Positions 57,788 to 64,000 of a stretch of DNA of 64,000 nt are shown piece by piece. A program made the translations under genes and the position numbers. Each line of letters starts with the position of its first letter. Position 1 is the first letter of the stretch. Origin of the DNA: Candidatus Omnitrophota bacterium. Lineage in GTDB: Bacteria > Omnitrophota > Gorgyraeia > Gygaellales > Profunditerraquicolaceae. The stretch covers positions 8,053 to 72,052 of the forward strand of contig JACQXK010000021.1 in the NCBI GenBank assembly GCA_016208765.1. Reading direction: 5' to 3'. The notes under the pieces were generated by a model. It did no database searches and was not told the origin of the DNA. It worked only from the letters and a program-made list of their open reading frames with translations.

Positions 57788-59350
57788 TCACTTCCTTACA
57801 AGCAACGTAAAGCTGCCTATTTTTTGTGTCGGCCCATAATGTTCCATTATATACTGGTCTAAAACAGGGGCCCATAATGTGCGTTTCCCTGTTTCGGAGA
57901 GATCTGATATTATCAGTCTTACATTTTTTTCTTCCAGTAATCTCATCACTTCTTCCTGACGCTTCGTCGATTTCATATATTCAGGAATGGATGCATATTT
58001 CTCCAGGGCCCTCCTGCCGGTCACAAAATTAAACATCTGGGAATTATTCGGAAAAGTAAAGACATATTCGCCTTCTTGTGTTGTCTTCTTAATTGCGTCG
58101 ACCACTTTGTTAAATTCGTCCGCGTATTTCTCTTTAGTATAAACTTTCAATTTCGGGTCTGATAAAAATGTTCTGTTAAAAACCCGCATGAATATGGAAC
58201 CATTTATATAGGGATCGGAGATTGAGCAGCTTGCAATGATGTTTACTGCAAGCAACAGGTTCAACCCTATGAGACCCGCCCTGTAAGCAAGTCCGGTTTT
58301 GGGAGAAGGTTTTCCAATTGAATTGCTGAAATATCTTGAAATCAGGTACACGTCGGCAATCAAAACAGGAGGCAGTATTTGATTAATACGGCTTATTCCA
58401 GGATACGATATGGCCTGATTTAACGTTAAGCATCCAAACAGAAACACTATGAAGAGCTTAATGTCTTTATCATTAATCTCTCTTTTAATGATAATTAAAG
58501 CAAGCAGGATAAAAACAAGAAGGTAAAATATGAAAGGAAGGGTCAACCCTATGAATTTATATATTGCCAATAAATCAAAGGACAGCAGTTGTTTCATTGG
58601 TAAAAGGTAAAACCAAACGCTTTTCATGGCCGCTGTATAATCCATTGTTTGACGGAAAGCCTCAGCAAGTGCATCATGAAATAAAAGATACAGCAGTAAT
58701 GGGGCAACACTCACGGCAGAGCCACATATAAAAATCAAAATGTTCTTCAAAGAAACATTAATTTCAGTGCTGTCAAAAACTGCTTTGGCATATTTTGTCG
58801 TCCTTGCCATCTGAACTATAAAGAAGCCTGTAACAAAGAACCCGCAAATGTCGACTCTGAACAGCAAAATAACACCAACAGCCAGCCCGGCGAGAAAATA
58901 AAACCGGTTACTCTGAAGGTATCTTAGTTTGACCAATATTAAGATGCTCAGGAGAACGCAAAAGACAAAAAAACCTTTGTGCGGGTCACCGGGAATCAGC
59001 CAAAGTAATAACGGCAATACAAATGCCGCCCTCCGGGATACGAATTCAATACCTACAAGATAAATGAGAAGACAATTGAGCGCCCGGATTACGCTCCAGC
59101 TGATTGTGGCAGCATAGAGGGAGACACCAAAAAGCTTAAAAGCCAAAGCAGTGTAAACATATATCCCCGGCGTGTACAATATGCTGAAATCCTTATAGAA
59201 AACACCTCCATACAGAAACCGCTCGGTTGCTACCAGTATCATTCCCCAATCGCTTATTATAAAACCATAATTAGCATAACTCAGATAATAAAGAAGTGAT
59301 ATAAAAAATACTACGACAGGGGTATAAAATTGACTGTTCTTAACCGACAA
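57788..59350 (-). CDS. Polytopic membrane protein (520 aa). Candidate Wzy-like polymerase or GT-C.
   Basis: It has at least 12 TM helices. It sits directly downstream of the Wzx-like flippase gene. Confidence 0.4.
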   Translation of the reverse strand: MSVKNSQFYTPVVVFFISLLYYLSYANYGFIISDWGMILVATERFLYGGVFYKDFSILYTPGIYVYTALAFKLFGVSLYAATISWSVIRALNCLLIYLVGIEFVSRRAAFVLPLLLWLIPGDPHKGFFVFCVLLSILILVKLRYLQSNRFYFLAGLAVGVILLFRVDICGFFVTGFFIVQMARTTKYAKAVFDSTEINVSLKNILIFICGSAVSVAPLLLYLLFHDALAEAFRQTMDYTAAMKSVWFYLLPMKQLLSFDLLAIYKFIGLTLPFIFYLLVFILLALIIIKREINDKDIKLFIVFLFGCLTLNQAISYPGISRINQILPPVLIADVYLISRYFSNSIGKPSPKTGLAYRAGLIGLNLLLAVNIIASCSISDPYINGSIFMRVFNRTFLSDPKLKVYTKEKYADEFNKVVDAIKKTTQEGEYVFTFPNNSQMFNFVTGRRALEKYASIPEYMKSTKRQEEVMRLLEEKNVRLIISDLSETGKRTLWAPVLDQYIMEHYGPTQKIGSFTLLVRK

Positions 59351-59413
59351 GTTTAAAGTTTATTTGCTTTTTAATGATTTTTTAGCCCTTCGTGTACGCG
59401 ACAACTAAAGTGG

Positions 59414-60937
59414 CTATGCTTTTGAAACATTCAGAAGCTTCCGGTAGATTAGTTGCAGAATGTAGGTGTCATCTTTATCCAATTTAAACAGATATATAAA
59501 AATACTGTATAAGACTACGAACAGTAAAGCGAGGAACGCTGTTGCAACCAGGTGGATAGACGCAAGGTTATAAATTATCGGAGCAACTATCAGAGATGAT
59601 AAAAGACCGGCTATACAGGGTTTCAGGTAGTCCAATTTATAAGGATGAAATCCTAAAAAAAGGTAGACTTCTATTAATCTTAAAATATTTATTGCAGCCA
59701 GCGAGAGACCTGTTGCCGTTGCCGCGCCAATGATACCGTATTGGGGAATCAATACATAATTAAGACCAATATTCGAAAAACAAAATATGATGGAATTCAG
59801 AAGCACAATCCTTGATCTTCCGGTCATCATGAGCATATATCCCACTGAACCGGAACCGGCATTAACCAATTCGCCTCCGCCAAGGATCATTAGAGCAACA
59901 GCTCCAGCGGCAAAACCCTGGCCGAATATTCCCATGATCGGTTCAGCAAGCAAAATACACAAAAGAAAGACCGGAAAGCTCAGTATAAAAACCCACTTTG
60001 TTGTGGTCTTAAACAATTCTTCCAATTTCCCCATCTCGTTCTTACTGTAAATTTCAGAAATCATAGGCGCAAAAATGGTGTTGAAAGAACTTAGCGGCAG
60101 CAAGATCAAAATCGCCACCCTGCCGACTGCATTGTATATTCCAACATCGCTTGCCGTCTTGAAATATCCCAACATTAAAGAGTCAATATAAAATGTTAGA
60201 ACTCCGAAAAATTGGTTTAAGGACAACGGGAGTGAAAAAGCTATTATCTCTTTTTTTTCATAAACAGGCTCTGGCAGTTTTTTGTGAACAGGGAATATTT
60301 TGACAAGGTAAAACAGTGAAAAGAAAAAGCCGGTCAGAATGGAAATAATGCTTGCTATCAAAATACCGCCCAGTTTCATTCCGATCAGAAACAAAGATAT
60401 TAGAACGACAAGTTTTACCACCGGTTGATAAAACTTCTGTATGTATATTTGATATTTTATAACCTGGAACGACTGTATGACTCTCAACCAAAGCTCTCCA
60501 AGTGTCAGGAAGGGCAGTGATATAATTAAAACCTTTAATGGCAATTCTAAACTGCTGTCATGGAAAAATCGCACTGCTATATAATCAGCGTAAAAAAATA
60601 TTATTCCCGTTAATAAAAGACTCAGGGATAGTGTTATCTTTGTGCCAAATATTATCGTGCCCTTCAACCTCTGAGTGTCCCCCTTGGCCTTGTAAAAAGC
60701 AACAAATCTAAGCAAGCCATCATTCAACCCGAAACTTGAAAATATCTGTGCAATCCATGTGATAATATTTGCGAGATTGAAGATCCCGAATATGGCAGGT
60801 CCAACATGCCTCGTCATAACAATGTTTGTTATGTATCCAAATACATTAAAAACAACCTCGCCTATCCCGCTGATGCTGGCGTTTTTTGCTATCTTGGACA
60901 AATCTGCATCATATGTCTGATCTTCTTTCATCTCCAA
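59414..60937 (-). CDS. Wzx-like oligosaccharide flippase (MOP/PST family polysaccharide biosynthesis protein).
   Basis: 507 aa with about 14 TM helices. The N-terminus (KNASISGIGEVVFNVFGYITNIVMTRHVGPAIFG) is typical of the PST family. Confidence 0.65.
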   Translation of the reverse strand: MEMKEDQTYDADLSKIAKNASISGIGEVVFNVFGYITNIVMTRHVGPAIFGIFNLANIITWIAQIFSSFGLNDGLLRFVAFYKAKGDTQRLKGTIIFGTKITLSLSLLLTGIIFFYADYIAVRFFHDSSLELPLKVLIISLPFLTLGELWLRVIQSFQVIKYQIYIQKFYQPVVKLVVLISLFLIGMKLGGILIASIISILTGFFFSLFYLVKIFPVHKKLPEPVYEKKEIIAFSLPLSLNQFFGVLTFYIDSLMLGYFKTASDVGIYNAVGRVAILILLPLSSFNTIFAPMISEIYSKNEMGKLEELFKTTTKWVFILSFPVFLLCILLAEPIMGIFGQGFAAGAVALMILGGGELVNAGSGSVGYMLMMTGRSRIVLLNSIIFCFSNIGLNYVLIPQYGIIGAATATGLSLAAINILRLIEVYLFLGFHPYKLDYLKPCIAGLLSSLIVAPIIYNLASIHLVATAFLALLFVVLYSIFIYLFKLDKDDTYILQLIYRKLLNVSKA

Positions 60938-61014
60938 TATATCCTGATCATTGCCAGCTTACTTCCTCTCAGATCTTATGCCACTCCTAAGCATATAATT
61001 CTCTCAGATTGTCG

Positions 61015-61938
61015 CTAACCTTCTTTATTCATTTGCATGATGTGCCGTATTCCGTCTAATATGCCAAGTATCGGCCGGGCGTCCAGGGCTTTAATGCTTT
61101 TAATCGTATTCAATATTACTTCGCCAACAACACTCCAGCAATATGCAATATGGTTCTTCAGCTTTCCCGGCGTATGCTTTCTGTGAAGATTATATGCATT
61201 AATTAGCATCTTCCTGTTAAAGTCTCTGGCAGGCAAATGAGTGCTTTCAGAATGGTTGTGAGTAAGCAGTGCAAACGGCGTTTGATATAATTTATAGTTT
61301 CTTGATACACGATAGGATATCTCAAGGTCGGTACACCTGTCAAAGTCCTCATCGAATTTAAATTTATTAAATACCTTTTTGTAAAAACTGCATAAACCCG
61401 CCGGCATAGCCTCAACTTCTATAATCCCTTTTGGCTCAAGGATATATACATATCCTAAAGAAGGCAGGAACCTGCCCTTTTCATTTTTGGAAGCTCGGGT
61501 CATGAAGAAGAATTTTTTAAAGACTCCGTTTATCCAATTTGGATTGTAATAATTAAAGAGGCTCCCCTGAACACCACCCAATTTCGCGTCATCTTTCAAT
61601 TTATAAACTTCGAGTATCTTCTCAATGTAGTCTGCGTGAAGAACAACATCATCATCAAGAAATAAAATTATCTCGCCACTTGCTTTTTCCGCTCCGAGAT
61701 TACGCTGTTTATTAACACCAGGTGAACTTCTCAAATAAATCAGCCCAATCTTATCCCCAACAATATTTTCGCAATTTATCTGATTTTCACTGCTGATACC
61801 AGTGGAACTCGAATCAACTATTATCAACTCATCCGGTAAAACTGTTTGGACAATAATGGAACCTACACACTTTTGGATATCCGCAGGCCTGTCTTTAGTA
61901 GGGATAACAACAGAGCTTGTCATCTTACTTATCTGCAC
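61015..61938 (-). CDS. GT2 family glycosyltransferase.
   Basis: SVVIPTKDRPADIQKCVGSI and FLDDDV (DxD) are present. 307 aa. Confidence 0.75.
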   Translation of the reverse strand: MQISKMTSSVVIPTKDRPADIQKCVGSIIVQTVLPDELIIVDSSSTGISSENQINCENIVGDKIGLIYLRSSPGVNKQRNLGAEKASGEIILFLDDDVVLHADYIEKILEVYKLKDDAKLGGVQGSLFNYYNPNWINGVFKKFFFMTRASKNEKGRFLPSLGYVYILEPKGIIEVEAMPAGLCSFYKKVFNKFKFDEDFDRCTDLEISYRVSRNYKLYQTPFALLTHNHSESTHLPARDFNRKMLINAYNLHRKHTPGKLKNHIAYCWSVVGEVILNTIKSIKALDARPILGILDGIRHIMQMNKEG

Positions 61939-62026
61939 TCTTTAAATAGGACTTCTCTAAGGATGGAGATAGGTCAGTGGTTGATGTCCCGGCACTAATC
62001 CGTGGAACCCTGACGACCGTATGGAG

Positions 62027-62719
62027 CTACTTAAAAATTCCGTACTTAAAGATAACATATAATGCTCTAACACCATCTTTCCAGCCAATCTTTTTACCCT
62101 CAAAATATGTACGGCCATAGTAAGATACGCCCGTTTCGAATATTCTGCACCTGAGCTTACTGATTTTGGCGGTGAATTCCGGTTCAAATCCGAACCTGTC
62201 TTCCTTCAATTCTATTTTACTCAATATCTCTTTCCGGAAGACTTTATAGCATACCTCCATATCAGTCAGGTTCAGATTTGTAAACATATTTGAAACCAGG
62301 GTCAGAAATCTGTTCCCGAGGTAATGCCAGAAAAATAATACACGATGCGACTCGCCGCCAATAAATCTGGAGCCATATACTACATCAGCTTTATCCTCAA
62401 TAATTGGCTTTATAAGCTTAGGATATTCTTGTGGGTCATATTCAAGGTCTGCATCCTGAATTATTATAATGTCCCCGGTAGCAGCTCTAAACCCGCTTTT
62501 AAGAGCAGCTCCCTTACCCATGTTGTTAGCATGATATACAACTTTTGTACCATTACGGCCATCTATGGATTTTAAATATTCCCTTGTCCCATCAACAGAA
62601 CAATCATCAACAACAATAATCTCCCGCTCAAATTCTAAAGGAACACTCTGGACCTTTTCTAAAATTGTTCCAATAGTTTTATTTTCATTGAAGCATGGCA
62701 CTACAATAGAAATTTTCAA
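62027..62719 (-). CDS. GT2 family glycosyltransferase, Dpm1-like soluble polyprenol-phosphate sugar synthase.
   Basis: ISIVVPCFNENKTI, VDDCSVDGT and QDADLEYDP are present. 230 aa. Confidence 0.8.
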   Translation of the reverse strand: MKISIVVPCFNENKTIGTILEKVQSVPLEFEREIIVVDDCSVDGTREYLKSIDGRNGTKVVYHANNMGKGAALKSGFRAATGDIIIIQDADLEYDPQEYPKLIKPIIEDKADVVYGSRFIGGESHRVLFFWHYLGNRFLTLVSNMFTNLNLTDMEVCYKVFRKEILSKIELKEDRFGFEPEFTAKISKLRCRIFETGVSYYGRTYFEGKKIGWKDGVRALYVIFKYGIFK

Positions 62720-62836
62720 TTCCTCACCTCGTCCGGGAATTTATGACGCACCGCCTTCAGTTTTGATTTAATTCTAAAATGATTCAGTCTGGGCGACTGA
62801 GCTCTTTTGTAAAACAAAATGTCCCTGAAATATACT

Positions 62837-64000
62837 TCAGTCATTTTCCTTTACTTCTATTATTTGATCAGCATTAATATTTGTTAACACCGACCGCTTA
62901 CTGCTTGGCCAAACAATTTCTATTTTATCTACAACGATTGACTTGGCAAGTCCGAAATGGATAATGCTACTGTGCTGGCTGTACCCTTCCATTCCTCCTG
63001 TACTCTGCCGATATTGCATCATGTTCCCGGCATATAGTCTTATTTGAGCGCCGATTGCGTCTCTGTTACTCGTTGTTCCGAATAATTTTAATTTAAGCCA
63101 GTGGTTCATGTTACCCTTGTTTTCATACAATACGTTTGAACCCGCTTTAGCTTCATATTTATCGTCCCAAATCCTTCTACCGTTAGTTAAAAACAAATCC
63201 AGAAAACCATCATTATTGTAATCAGCATTTGTAACACTGCATCCCTTGCCGTTAAAGTCCTGTATCAAGCCTATTTTTTTAACAACATTCGTAAACGTTT
63301 TATCTCCATTGTTTTCAAAGATGATATCATTAAGATTAGCGCCCGACGGGTCATCAACAAGGAGGTAAATATCCAAGTCTCCGTCGTTATCATAATCAAA
63401 AAAAACCGCTTTATTCCCGCCCATTTCTATTCTGAATCCGGTTTTGTCTGATACGTCTATAAACTGTCCACCTCCTGTATTTTCATATAGTTTATCGAAC
63501 CCTCTGAAAATGTACGGGAATACGCTGAAGTCGTATTTCCCAATATACATCCTTGGCGGAGCAGTGATAAACAAATCATAGTCACCATCGTTGTCATAAT
63601 CACCCCATGCATACCTCAGGCCATTAAATGTCATAACCTTTTTGAACGTACCATCGCGCATGTTTCTGAAAATAGAAATCTCCCATGTATCCCTGTGCCC
63701 CCGGTTAAAAGATACTGTCAAATCCATATATCCATCATTGTCATAATCTGTCCAGCTTGCCTCGACAGGTTCATCCACAAAATCTAATCCGGCTTTAACT
63801 GTGACATCAGAAAACGTGCCATCTCCGTTATTTCTGAATAAGACGGAAGGGGCATCACTGCGTTTGCCGTTTGCCATAAATAAATCTAAAAATCCATCGT
63901 TGTCATAGTCGACCCATGAAACGGACCTTCCCCTGCCCTTCGGGTTTGTAACGCCTGCTTTTACAACAACGTTAACAAATCTACCTGTTCCGTCATTCTG
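62837..64000 (-). CDS. FG-GAP/VCBS (ASPIC-UnbV-like) repeat protein. The C-terminus is in the window; the N-terminus lies beyond the window end.
   Basis: It carries repeated NNGDGTFSDVT, DYDNDGYMDL and DYDNDGDLDI beta-propeller calcium-binding-type motifs. The frame stays open upstream of the listed Met to position 64000 (…SWVDYDNDGFLDLFMANGK…). Confidence 0.7.
   Translation of the reverse strand, partial: QNDGTGRFVNVVVKAGVTNPKGRGRSVSWVDYDNDGFLDLFMANGKRSDAPSVLFRNNGDGTFSDVTVKAGLDFVDEPVEASWTDYDNDGYMDLTVSFNRGHRDTWEISIFRNMRDGTFKKVMTFNGLRYAWGDYDNDGDYDLFITAPPRMYIGKYDFSVFPYIFRGFDKLYENTGGGQFIDVSDKTGFRIEMGGNKAVFFDYDNDGDLDIYLLVDDPSGANLNDIIFENNGDKTFTNVVKKIGLIQDFNGKGCSVTNADYNNDGFLDLFLTNGRRIWDDKYEAKAGSNVLYENKGNMNHWLKLKLFGTTSNRDAIGAQIRLYAGNMMQYRQSTGGMEGYSQHSSIIHFGLAKSIVVDKIEIVWPSSKRSVLTNINADQIIEVKEND

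Noticed and set aside
1483-62771. The many 60-110 aa ORFs on the opposite strand or in alternative frames inside large genes. Examples are 1483..1686, 3449..3721, 5587..5814, 8406..8717, 15219..15551, 25834..26061 and 45884..46171.
   Set aside because: They are fully embedded in longer ORFs with clear family signatures and have no motifs. Open antisense frames of this kind are expected in AT-rich sequence.
62837-63877. The FG-GAP protein as the PEP-CTERM substrate of the exosortase.
   Set aside because: Its C-terminus (…VWPSSKRSVLTNINADQIIEVKEND) lacks the PEP motif, hydrophobic helix and Arg-rich tail.
1-64000. A search for tRNA, rRNA, CRISPR repeats, transposases, integrases and inverted-repeat mobile-element ends.
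   Set aside because: I saw no cloverleaf-like or highly structured GC-rich segments. There is no regularly spaced repeat array. No ORF carries DDE or tyrosine-recombinase motifs. The island appears chromosomal and non-mobile within this window.

Overview
The window is almost entirely one co-directional (minus-strand) cell-envelope glycoconjugate biosynthesis island from a low-GC, probably diderm bacterium. I found no rRNA, tRNA, CRISPR array or transposase. Only two genes (6515..8243) lie on the plus strand.

Gene content:
- About twelve large polytopic membrane proteins in at least four paralog families. Three are PMT_2/TMTC-like (DUF1736-type), two are 'YPFELEW' proteins, two are 'DDxY' proteins, and one is ArnT-like.
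- Eight GT2 glycosyltransferases of the Dpm1/GtrB/ArnC type (polyprenol-phosphate sugar synthases).
- Two tandem membrane-anchored sulfatase/LtaS/EptA-like paralogs.
- One GT9 heptosyltransferase-like enzyme.
- Four SGNH-hydrolase paralogs and one acyltransferase-3.
- A CE4 deacetylase and a YdjC-like deacetylase.
- Five class-I SAM methyltransferases.
- A NodU/CmcH-type carbamoyltransferase and an Stf0-like sulfotransferase.
- Two GT4 enzymes, a WbaP-like initiating phosphotransferase, a Wzx-like flippase and an SDR epimerase/dehydratase.
- Two DegT-family aminotransferases, each paired with a Gfo/Idh/MocA oxidoreductase.
- An NDP-hexose 2,3-dehydratase (EvaA-type, internally duplicated) and an FdtA-like 3,4-ketoisomerase.
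- An exosortase with an adjacent EpsI-like protein.

The most notable sub-system is an arn-like operon (aminotransferase, then Und-P GT2, then GT-C) joined to an antibiotic-type deoxy-aminosugar pathway. That pathway comprises a 2,3-dehydratase, a candidate 3-ketoreductase, a 3,4-ketoisomerase, an aminotransferase and two methyltransferases. Together they predict periplasmic transfer of an N-methylated amino-deoxyhexose from a polyprenol-phosphate carrier.

Smaller observations:
- A gene-fragment duplication (4358..4423, matching 2946..3011).
- A 12-bp tandem repeat in an intergenic region.
- An unreported 460-codon open frame running off the left edge of the window.
- A 74-aa membrane ORF with a consensus ribosome-binding site at the head of a sub-operon.
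- An FG-GAP repeat protein truncated at the right edge.

All functional calls rest on motifs read by eye; no database search was run.
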